From: Mageeibacillus sp. UBA6980
GTDB lineage: Bacteria; Bacillota; Clostridia; Saccharofermentanales; Saccharofermentanaceae
DNA: 64,000 bases
NCBI GenBank assembly: GCA_002450095.1
Contig: DJYK01000026.1
Location: 17,781-81,780, forward strand
Reading direction: 5' to 3'
The translations under genes and the position numbers were made by a program. Each line of letters starts with the position of its first letter. Within the stretch, counting starts at the first letter, position 1. Below, in pieces: positions 1 to 7,652 of this stretch. The notes under the pieces are model-generated. The model did not search any database. It was given only the letters and a program-made list of their open reading frames with translations, and was not told the origin of the DNA.

Positions 1-430
1 TGATTTAGGCAAGTATCACACACACACAATTTATTCATTAATTCGGTTATTAGATTGTTATATAAAACTTAGTGAATATAAAGTCGTCATTAGTTTGTGT
101 GAATCGAATTATCGGAAAGTACAACGAACGTTAGGGGTTAACCATGAGTATACAGCTAGTATTCTAAATAAATGGGCATTATCTTGTGAGCGCAGTGCTA
201 ATTATGAATCAGCTTTAAAGAAGTATGAGCAATTAGTTGATTTACTCGAATCAAATGCTGATTACTTCCGAGCTATAAAGATGTTAATATTCTGCGGCAG
301 ACTGAGTAATACTTTATATGGAAAACGTAATACGCATAACAAAGTATTGATTAGTAAATGTATTTCGTTGAATAAAAAGTCGTTAATGAGTACAAAAGAC
401 ATACTTAAAGAGATTTTTAAATTTAGATGA
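1..430 (+). CDS. 3' part of a TPR-repeat protein gene (5' end lies upstream of the window)
   Basis: The frame containing the 95..430 ORF is open from base 2, so the gene starts before the window. The sequence (..YRKVQRTLGVNHEYTASILNKWALSCERSANYESALKKYEQL..) resembles TPR_12-type helical repeats like those in the 18674..21523 product. Confidence 0.5.
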   Translation, partial: DLGKYHTHTIYSLIRLLDCYIKLSEYKVVISLCESNYRKVQRTLGVNHEYTASILNKWALSCERSANYESALKKYEQLVDLLESNADYFRAIKMLIFCGRLSNTLYGKRNTHNKVLISKCISLNKKSLMSTKDILKEIFKFR

Positions 431-527
431 GTTTTAATGCTTATTATTATATCTGTTACCATTGATTCATATTTCCAAACAATATACAATTATAAAACTA
501 TCTTGATGATAAGGATGGATAACCTAC

Positions 528-3191
528 ATGTTAACTTGTCCGGCCTGTAATTCTGAGAATGTGTATTTCAGTAAAAAACGCTGTTGTAATATTTGTGAAG
601 ACTGCGGCAAGATATTTCGGGAAGACACAAGACTCAGGTTATTCTTCAGTTATGGTCACGACAAGCATAAAGATCTGGTTGATTTAATACGTAAGCGTCT
701 CGAAGAACGTGGTCACGTTGTATGGATAGATCACAACGATATCGTATTCAATGACGATTGGAGACAGGAAATAACAAGAGGAGTTATCGGTTCCGATGAA
801 ATAATCTCATTTATGTCAAAACATTCCCTACGCGATCCCGGAGTCTGTCTCGATGAAGTTCAAATAGCTATAAGTATAAAGAATGAGCGAGTCATACGAA
901 TCCATCTAGAGGAAACCAAAGAAATCAAACCTTCGACCGCTATATCTTCAAGGCAATACTTGGATATGAAAGATTGGGAAACGTACTATAAGCAGGGCGG
1001 GGAAGTATGGAACGAATGGTTCGATAAAAAGATGTCTGAACTTATTCGATGTATAGAAGATCCTGATAACGCACAATTCGATGGTGAGATAACAGAACTC
1101 TCCCGTAAGTTGCGCCCTATAGACTACTTAACGAGAGCAAGAATACTTTTGAAAGATGAATTCAGAGGCAGAACATGGTTGCTTGATAAGTATAAACAGT
1201 GGAAGAATAGTAGCGATTCCAATATATTCGTGTTATACGGTATACCCGGTGCAGGAAAGAGTGCATTTGCGTCTCGATTGTTTGATGAGGATTATGATGT
1301 TATTGCCTGTGTATTTTTCGAGTTCAGTAGAAAGGATATGTCGGATCTCGATAAAATTACTAATGTTCTAGCCTTTCAGATTGCCTGCAAACTTCCTGAT
1401 TACAGAGAATATCTGCTGTATTGCCTTAATAATGACAGTACTTTTCTTGAACTAGAAGGAATTACACGATTTGATTCTTATATAATAACGCCCCTACGTA
1501 ACTGTATAGTCGGCAGCCGCGACAACCAAATTATCGTTATCGATTCACTTGATGAGGCTTATGACCTTAATAATGAACTTGTAGTTTCGTTGCTCTCAAG
1601 GATAAGACTCTTACCTCGTTGGATAAAGGTCTTGGTTACCAGCAGATACAACAGTGCCATTGACGTATTATTGGACAACGCCGTTAAGACACATATCGAA
1701 AAAGAAACCAAAGATAACGATTCCGACTTAAAGGCTTATCTTTCTGATCACTTTGAAAACTTTCCGAGAATCAATGAACTTGTTTATAAATGTGAAGGCA
1801 GTTTTCTATATGCCTCAATGCTATGTCAGAAGGCAAACCAATCAAATGAATATGCCGAAGAACTACTTGAAACAAACGGAGGTCTTGACTCGTTCTATTA
1901 TCTGGATATTCGGCGGAAGTTTAATTCAGATAGCGGTTTAGATTTTAACAAATATAGACCAATACTCGAATTATTATGCGCCTCTAACGAAATTCCTGAA
2001 TCACTATTATTTCGCATTTTAAGCCTTGATAAGTATGATTATAATTCATTTAAAAACATATTTGCGGATTATATAATCAAAAAAGAATCTTTAGAATATG
2101 ATTTAGATAGGAATAATCAGATAATCAGTTTCTTTCATATGTCGTTCAACGACTGGCTAACTAACCCAGACAGCGCGAACGAGTTCTATATTAACGAACA
2201 AAATGGGGCTACTGTATTAGCCAATTATTTACTCGATAATACCAAGATTAATAACGAGCAAATAAAAGATTATATCGGGGGAAGATATTGGCATGACGGA
2301 GAGCTAATTTCAGTATTGATAAAAGCGGAATTATACAAAGACTGCATAGATATTCTTATTGACAACCCCAATAACAACAGAATGTGGCGTTATGTTAAAC
2401 AATTTCCATCATACATTGATATATCATCTTTAGAAGATACATTTGTTAACAATTGTCGTCACGAACAAATTTATCTAAACAAGATATCAACTGAAGATTT
2501 CATTTATAATTGGTTTCATTTTAGACGTCTTTCTTCCCGATACGAGACTCTATCTCACTTGCTATCAGATGAAAGATTTCTAATAATCCTTATTCAATTA
2601 CTACGCAATGACGATATAGATCCTACAACTTTGGTAGTTATATCACATTTCAAAACGAGTGTACTTCGTGAGATTCTAGGGCTCTATAAAATAGGCCAAA
2701 CACTATCTGATTGTTTAGACCAGTGCGATATACAAGGATATAATATTCCAGATGATATTCGTAAAAAAATCAATCTATTTATTCTTTGTTCCTGCTTTAG
2801 TTATGGTCATCCATCAATAGATTGTATTGAAACTCTAAGGAATGATAAGTTGTATCACAATATTAATGAAATCTGTTCTCTGTCAATTGAAGAGCTGTCT
2901 GTCTATGATATTAGCCAAGATTTAATAATAGCAAGGAACAAATACAACACTTCATGTTTAATAGATTATCTACTAAAACATCTATTTGAATACACCCATA
3001 AAGAACTTAACAACGATAATAAAAACCACATACTCCGTCTTGTTAAATATGGTGCCGAGTTCAATACCGTTATAAACCTTTTTAGAGATTTTGACCGCAG
3101 TAAACTCAAAGACATCATTCTTAATGAAAAGCTGAATTCAATTATTAGTTTGCTTACTCAAATCCAAAATGAACTACCAAATATCAAATGA
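528..3191 (+). CDS. Zn-ribbon - TIR - NACHT/STAND P-loop NTPase (bacterial NLR-like)
   Basis: 887 aa. N-terminal CPAC..CEDC zinc ribbon. TIR-like block RLFFSYGHDKH..WIDHNDI..GVCLDEVQIAI. Walker A YGIPGAGKSAF and Walker B IIVIDSLDEA. Long helical C-terminal region. Confidence 0.8.
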   Translation: MLTCPACNSENVYFSKKRCCNICEDCGKIFREDTRLRLFFSYGHDKHKDLVDLIRKRLEERGHVVWIDHNDIVFNDDWRQEITRGVIGSDEIISFMSKHSLRDPGVCLDEVQIAISIKNERVIRIHLEETKEIKPSTAISSRQYLDMKDWETYYKQGGEVWNEWFDKKMSELIRCIEDPDNAQFDGEITELSRKLRPIDYLTRARILLKDEFRGRTWLLDKYKQWKNSSDSNIFVLYGIPGAGKSAFASRLFDEDYDVIACVFFEFSRKDMSDLDKITNVLAFQIACKLPDYREYLLYCLNNDSTFLELEGITRFDSYIITPLRNCIVGSRDNQIIVIDSLDEAYDLNNELVVSLLSRIRLLPRWIKVLVTSRYNSAIDVLLDNAVKTHIEKETKDNDSDLKAYLSDHFENFPRINELVYKCEGSFLYASMLCQKANQSNEYAEELLETNGGLDSFYYLDIRRKFNSDSGLDFNKYRPILELLCASNEIPESLLFRILSLDKYDYNSFKNIFADYIIKKESLEYDLDRNNQIISFFHMSFNDWLTNPDSANEFYINEQNGATVLANYLLDNTKINNEQIKDYIGGRYWHDGELISVLIKAELYKDCIDILIDNPNNNRMWRYVKQFPSYIDISSLEDTFVNNCRHEQIYLNKISTEDFIYNWFHFRRLSSRYETLSHLLSDERFLIILIQLLRNDDIDPTTLVVISHFKTSVLREILGLYKIGQTLSDCLDQCDIQGYNIPDDIRKKINLFILCSCFSYGHPSIDCIETLRNDKLYHNINEICSLSIEELSVYDISQDLIIARNKYNTSCLIDYLLKHLFEYTHKELNNDNKNHILRLVKYGAEFNTVINLFRDFDRSKLKDIILNEKLNSIISLLTQIQNELPNIK

Positions 3192-3211
3192 TTTATCTGC
3201 AAATCCCGCTA

Positions 3212-3261
3212 AAACAGCATGCCGTTTCCGATAGAACGGCATGCTGTTCCGCTTCAAGCGG
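3212..3261. terminator. Bidirectional intrinsic terminator between convergent genes
   Basis: Perfect 14-bp stem aacagcatgccgtt (3212-3225) / aacggcatgctgtt (3234-3247), followed by a second small hairpin ccgc-ttcaa-gcgg. Confidence 0.7.
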
Positions 3262-3286
3262 CACGGAGTGACGCTAATAATTAGAA

Positions 3287-3595
3287 TTAAACACAGTTGA
3301 AATAAGGTTTAAGGCTGTTCATGAGTTCCTTAATATCGCTGTAATCTACGAAGGCGAGCTCGCCATTTGCAAGGAGCGTTTTCAATGGATGGTCGGCGGC
3401 TAATGGTAAATTGCAGGTGATTCCTTTATCGATGAAGACCTTATACAGAGTATTACATTTCTCAAAGCCTAAACGGCAGCTGGATCTGCTGAAGGAAGAG
3501 GGGAGAGTGCATCGGTAGACTTCGCAGTTTCCTTCTTCAAGAAGATCTTTAAGCATATCGTATTGTTTCTGTGTTCCGTAAACGAATTCTCTCAT
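3287..3595 (-). CDS. Small protein (102 aa), paralog of the N-terminal domain of the adjacent AAA+ ATPase
   Basis: SD AAGGAGGA lies just upstream of the ATG, which is 3 nt after the stop of the JAB-E1 gene. It aligns by eye with residues 1-105 of the 5196..6488 product (RLGFEK/RLGIEK, YKVFID/YTVYIED, GELAFV/GELRFN, LKPYF/LEPLF). Confidence 0.7.
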   Translation of the reverse strand: MREFVYGTQKQYDMLKDLLEEGNCEVYRCTLPSSFSRSSCRLGFEKCNTLYKVFIDKGITCNLPLAADHPLKTLLANGELAFVDYSDIKELMNSLKPYFNCV

Positions 3596-3598
3596 GGG

Positions 3599-5194
3599 TT
3601 AATCCTCCTTAACGTCAATAATACGAGTGTCTTTCCATTTTCCTGCGAGTTTACTGAGATCGTGTATGCAACCGCAGAGCTTGCATTCTTTCTCCGGTGA
3701 CTGTTTGAACCAGATCGGTTCGTCTGTGAATGTATTATCGGATGCTTCCTTGTATATGTTATCGAAGCACTTTATTCCGAGTATACTGTTGATATCAGGG
3801 CTGGTTCTGATCATTACGAAGTTTCTGTCGGCAATCTGGTCAAGCAAATTGTTGTATGGACTGTCGGGAGCATCGTGATAACAAAGCATCATTAGTGCAA
3901 TCTGGCCCTTAAGTGAATTCATTCTTTCTGTAACAAATACAGAGCATTCGGCCGAACCGACATTGTTTTTATAGCCGTTCTCGTAGGCTACAAAACGGGG
4001 AAGGAGAATGCATCTCGGACAGGATTCGGTAACTCCGGGATAAACGAACATCAATTCGCATCCTGCTCCTCGCTCATAAACCATAGCAGCCAGATATGGT
4101 ATACCGAATTTCAAAGCTAAATAAGAACTCCTTTTCTGTGCTTCAAAATTATCAGTACAGCCAAGAATAAGGTAATCCTGAGGGCGCTTCCCCGGGAACA
4201 TATTAAGAAGTGAACCGAACTCTTCATCGCTCATACTGTTGTCCAGGAACCTGTTAACAGTAATTACATTTGCTTTGGGGTTAATGTCCAATATACGGCT
4301 CTTTATAACTTCAGTCTTCTGCTTGCCGATCTCACTTATGAATACTCCCTGAGTGGCAATGTTAGATGCACTGACTATGTCCTTATCCATAATAATATAG
4401 TTATTGAATCCGTGTCGGGCCATGTTCTCGAGGAATGATCTGGCTCCGCCTGCTCCGATGCAGACGATTACTTTGTTCCTGACATTGTCGGGAACCAAAG
4501 TATCAACTTTGCCAAACAGCTCAGTTGAGGTGGGAACTGTTGCCTCTACCGATTCCTTGGCAGGTTCCATCTTTTGCTTGGGCTGCGGATTAGTCTTTTC
4601 GATATACGAATCCACTTCTGAAATAGAATAAGAAGTGTGCCAGGATCTTCTGCCGGAGATAGCATAACCGTCCTTGGTTGCATCAATAATGTATTCCAGA
4701 CAGACGAGAATTCTATCATTAATAGTCCTTACTGTATAGAAGAACATTTTATAGAAACCGTTTTTGGTATTAGACATGAATATCGGCATATAGAAAACAG
4801 ATGAATGAAAGAAGTTCATCAGAATTCGTGCAGTCGAAATGTCGTGAAAAGAGGGTCTTATACATCCGTGAGGATGACTGTGGAAGAACCCCAGAGCTGA
4901 AATATAACCTCTGTCTTTCCAATCCCAATAGACATCGTTCATTGCCTTAGGATCATAATAGAATGTTCCTGCGGTGTTGCAGGAAGAAACATCAAACTCA
5001 GCAAGGTCAATCAGATTGGCGTCGTTGGTACAACCGAGCATACCTCCGGTTTCGGCAGGGTAACGACCTACGTTTGTTCTAAAATAGTCCAATACTTCTT
5101 TGGAAAACTTAACTACCGGGCTCTTGGGTAAATCAGCAGGCGTCTGCATCTTTGCATTTCTTCTATTATTTCTGCGAATTGTATATCTTCTCAT
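3599..5194 (-). CDS. JAB/JAMM (MPN+) metallopeptidase fused to a ThiF/MoeB/E1-like adenylyltransferase
   Basis: JAMM motif HSHPHGCIRPSFHD (HxHx7Sx2D) with an upstream AETGG Glu. C-terminal half has Rossmann VCIGAGGARS, DKDIVSASNIATQ, and the Cys pairs CPRC and CKLCGC as in ThiF/MoeB. ATG at 5194 is preferred over the ORF-track TTG at 5209 because SD GAGGAGG sits at 5201-5207 and the upstream gene stops at 5196-5198. Confidence 0.85.
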   Translation of the reverse strand: MRRYTIRRNNRRNAKMQTPADLPKSPVVKFSKEVLDYFRTNVGRYPAETGGMLGCTNDANLIDLAEFDVSSCNTAGTFYYDPKAMNDVYWDWKDRGYISALGFFHSHPHGCIRPSFHDISTARILMNFFHSSVFYMPIFMSNTKNGFYKMFFYTVRTINDRILVCLEYIIDATKDGYAISGRRSWHTSYSISEVDSYIEKTNPQPKQKMEPAKESVEATVPTSTELFGKVDTLVPDNVRNKVIVCIGAGGARSFLENMARHGFNNYIIMDKDIVSASNIATQGVFISEIGKQKTEVIKSRILDINPKANVITVNRFLDNSMSDEEFGSLLNMFPGKRPQDYLILGCTDNFEAQKRSSYLALKFGIPYLAAMVYERGAGCELMFVYPGVTESCPRCILLPRFVAYENGYKNNVGSAECSVFVTERMNSLKGQIALMMLCYHDAPDSPYNNLLDQIADRNFVMIRTSPDINSILGIKCFDNIYKEASDNTFTDEPIWFKQSPEKECKLCGCIHDLSKLAGKWKDTRIIDVKED

Positions 5195-5195
5195 T

Positions 5196-6488
5196 TTATG
5201 CCTCCTCAATAGTAATTCCGTCTTTGAGGTTTCCTTTTACTGCTACTCTTACGCTTTTTCTTTTGTTCTTCTTAATAACTTCGAAAAGCGATTTGCTCTC
5301 GCTTAAGCATTGCTCAACATTATTTCTTATAGTTCTGGCTCCATAAGCACTGTTGTTCAGATAAACAGTTGTCAGATCAAATATCAGGCGTTCGTCTATA
5401 CGAACCGGAGTAAGGTTATATTTGGTAAGACGATCGACTATGAATTTGTTTACTATGTTCATTATGGCTTCTTCATCAAGCTCATCGAAAATGATATAGT
5501 TGCTTATTCTGCTGCTTATTTCAGGACGGCCGCAGTAACGTGTGAAAGCATCTTTGCACAGTTCACATACTTCGTATCTGTTTCTGGCTGATGAAACACT
5601 TTTTACAGGGATATTCGAAGTGAATACCATTATGCAGCAACGGAGATCTATATCCGGTTTGTTGTTGTTTAAATGCAGGAAGCCCTTGTCAATTGCTTCC
5701 ATCAAAGCTGTTATAAGTGATGTGTGGGCTTTTTCAATTTCATCAAATATAAGCACATGAAAAGGATTGTTTCTTACAGGATCAAGAAGAGTCTTATCCT
5801 CGTAGCCTATATATGACGGCGGAGCGCCAAGAATTGACTGTACAGCATGTTCCTGGACAAATACATTGCAATTTATCCTTATTGTGTCGTAATTTGTACC
5901 GGATGCCTCTGACAGTACTTTTGATAATACTTCTGCACACTGTGTCTTACCGGTTCCGGTAGGTCCCATGAACATCATTGTTGTAGGGTGATCCTGTTCC
6001 AGCCATGTTGAAGAAGCAAGTATTCTTGAGACAGAATCAATCTGACGGTCCTGTCCGAATATCTCTTTCTTCAACGGTATTGCGATATCTTCTGATTCGA
6101 GGATCTTTCGATCCTCGTTAGTTCTGTTGTTAAGCATGTCCTTAACTTCGTTTTTGTTATAAAGCGTTTCTGTCTTCTGCTTGAAAAGAGGTTCAAGACC
6201 GATAAGAAAACTCATCATTTCATCAAATGAATTGAATCTTAATTCTCCGGTAGTGATAAGCTGCATGAACATTCTGTTATCACAGTTAAAGCGGATATTG
6301 TTATCTTCAATATAGACAGTATAGTTGCTGCCGGATTTCTCAATGCCTAATCTGGATGTAGGGGGAACACATCCTTCAGGCAGCTTGCAATTGCTGAACA
6401 GAGACATTCTGTTCATGGATTCAAGCTGAGTCAGTTCGTCTTTGAGCGACATTATATCTTCTATTGTTCCGGCAGCAAATCTATACAT
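5196..6488 (-). CDS. Single-module AAA+ ATPase of the ClpA/ClpB D2 (AAA_2) type with a novel N-terminal domain
   Basis: Walker A FMGPTGTGKTQ, GAPPSYIGYED, Walker B VLIFDEIEKAH, sensor-1 VFTSN, GRPEISSRI, sensor-2 GARTIRN. The N-terminal ~105 aa are paralogous to the 102-aa protein. SD AAAGGAG precedes the ATG. Confidence 0.85.
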   Translation of the reverse strand: MYRFAAGTIEDIMSLKDELTQLESMNRMSLFSNCKLPEGCVPPTSRLGIEKSGSNYTVYIEDNNIRFNCDNRMFMQLITTGELRFNSFDEMMSFLIGLEPLFKQKTETLYNKNEVKDMLNNRTNEDRKILESEDIAIPLKKEIFGQDRQIDSVSRILASSTWLEQDHPTTMMFMGPTGTGKTQCAEVLSKVLSEASGTNYDTIRINCNVFVQEHAVQSILGAPPSYIGYEDKTLLDPVRNNPFHVLIFDEIEKAHTSLITALMEAIDKGFLHLNNNKPDIDLRCCIMVFTSNIPVKSVSSARNRYEVCELCKDAFTRYCGRPEISSRISNYIIFDELDEEAIMNIVNKFIVDRLTKYNLTPVRIDERLIFDLTTVYLNNSAYGARTIRNNVEQCLSESKSLFEVIKKNKRKSVRVAVKGNLKDGITIEEA

Positions 6489-6533
6489 GTTTATTCTCCT
6501 TTACAAGTATTATTGAAGTTGGAATGATTCTGA

Positions 6534-6788
6534 TTACGGCATCGGTTTACGCTGCCCGTCTCCATGAAAGCCTCCGGAGGGCAGCGATTGGCGCTGCTCA
6601 CCTCCGTGGAAGCCTCCGGAGGGCAGCGATTCACGCTGCTCACCTCCGTGGAAGCCTCCGGAAGGCAGCGATTCGCGCTGCTCACCTCCGTGGAAGCCTC
6701 CGGAAGGCAGCGATTCACGCTGCTCACCTCCGTGGAATCCGAGAGAGGGAAGGTGTGTTCTTGTTGTAGTGTTCTGAATGTTTGTCAT
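6534..6788 (-). CDS. 84-aa tandem-repeat peptide (five 14-aa units LPSGGFHGGEQRES), first gene of the operon
   Basis: AAGGAG lies 9 nt upstream of the ATG at 6788, and the stop is 45 nt before the AAA+ gene. The repeat is open in all six frames, so coding status rests on the SD/ATG context and operon position. Confidence 0.55.
   Translation of the reverse strand: MTNIQNTTTRTHLPSLGFHGGEQRESLPSGGFHGGEQRESLPSGGFHGGEQRESLPSGGFHGGEQRQSLPSGGFHGDGQRKPMP
6538..6750. repeat. Head-to-tail 42-bp tandem repeat array (four near-perfect copies at 6567-6734 plus degenerate flanking copies)
   Basis: Copies at 6567-6608, 6609-6650, 6651-6692 and 6693-6734 differ by only a few bases each (unit gaagcctccggagggcagcgattcacgctgctcacctccgtg). 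Diverged partial copies lie on both sides. Confidence 0.95.
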
Positions 6789-6842
6789 AGTTGTTTTCTC
6801 CTTTATATAAGTTTTTTGTTGTGTGGCGAACCACGTTTATAC

Positions 6843-6998
6843 TCCTATGATATGTTGCTTTTTACTAAGCCCGGGGAGGGGGGTGATAATTTGAAGATCA
6901 ATCCTCTCCCTTGTTGTTATGCTCCTATGATATGATGCTTTTTCTATCATTCCCGTAGGGGGGTAATAAACTGAAAGTGGTAATTGATCCCCCCTCGC
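6843..6998. promoter_or_regulatory. Duplicated ~80-bp module in the divergent intergenic region (conserved 22-mer plus G-tract/C-tract hairpin)
   Basis: ctcctatgatatgTtgcttttt (6843-6864) and ctcctatgatatgAtgcttttt (6922-6943). Each is followed by a G-run (ggggagggggg / gtagggggg) and a complementary C-run (cctctccc / cccccctc). Confidence 0.5.
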
Positions 6999-7019
6999 AA
7001 TGCAATCTATATGAGCTCC

Positions 7020-7046
7020 TATAATTAACTAAAACCAATAAGGAGG
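7020..7046 (+). promoter_or_regulatory. Candidate -10 box and SD for the plus-strand operon
   Basis: TATAAT at 7020-7025 and AAGGAGG at 7040-7046, 6 nt before the ATG at 7053. No convincing -35 was seen. Confidence 0.35.
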
Positions 7047-7052
7047 TTCCAT

Positions 7053-7649
7053 ATGAGACTTGCAGATAACGGTTCATTAACTCTTGATAATAACTTACAG
7101 GAAGCCTTTATTGAGGACATAGACAGCTTTACATATATATGTCACGGACGTGTTCTTGAGGTTGATCATCATGAGTTGTTTTATTCAAAAAATCACAAGA
7201 TTGCGAACTCCATTTTCAGGGGGGAGCCCTATCAGTATGCTCATCAATCGATAGAATACAGAGTCAGACTCGGTAACCTCTCATATGGACGTTCGACAGA
7301 TTATAGAGATTACAATCTTTTTGGAAACTATCTTGGCATGATTAAGCCCGGAGATGAAGTAAAATTCAGAGTTCGTAAGGGACCTCGAGAGAAGGTTGTT
7401 GCAATTTATAACTGTACGACGGGAAGACAATTAAGACCGTCAATTCAGTTGTCTGCCGGTGTGGTCAGACTGTTTGCGGTTTTGGCCACGGCCTTGTTGG
7501 CCGGAGGCGTGTATGGTGTTTACTACCTGATAACGTCAGGCGTTCTTTGGCATATTTTTATGAAGATCCTTTATGGTCTTATCGGACTGGGCTTAGTCCT
7601 GTGGATCTATGATCTTTTGTTTTTCAGGTTCTTCAGAAAGAGAAAGTGA
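7053..7649 (+). CDS. Membrane protein (soluble N-domain plus C-terminal TM helices), function unknown
   Basis: 198 aa with a strong SD. Hydrophobic stretches VVRLFAVLATALLAGGVYGVYYLI and ILYGLIGLGLVLWIYDLLFF. Confidence 0.6.
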   Translation: MRLADNGSLTLDNNLQEAFIEDIDSFTYICHGRVLEVDHHELFYSKNHKIANSIFRGEPYQYAHQSIEYRVRLGNLSYGRSTDYRDYNLFGNYLGMIKPGDEVKFRVRKGPREKVVAIYNCTTGRQLRPSIQLSAGVVRLFAVLATALLAGGVYGVYYLITSGVLWHIFMKILYGLIGLGLVLWIYDLLFFRFFRKRK

Positions 7650-7652
7650 TCT

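Noticed and set aside
6538-6750. Possible CRISPR array, because of the regular direct repeats
   Set aside because: The 42-bp units are contiguous head-to-tail with no unique spacers. There is no cas gene nearby, and the array lies inside an SD-preceded ORF. It is a coding or minisatellite-type tandem repeat, not CRISPR.
6464-6935. Alternative ORFs across the repeat (101 aa and 123 aa on plus, 78 aa on minus)
   Set aside because: The repeat has no stop codon in any frame, so every frame yields an ORF. These three lack an SD, start inside the repeat or inside the AAA+ gene, or run antisense to the operon. Only the 6534..6788 frame has a proper SD/ATG and operon position. The plus-strand basic-helix frame cannot be formally excluded.
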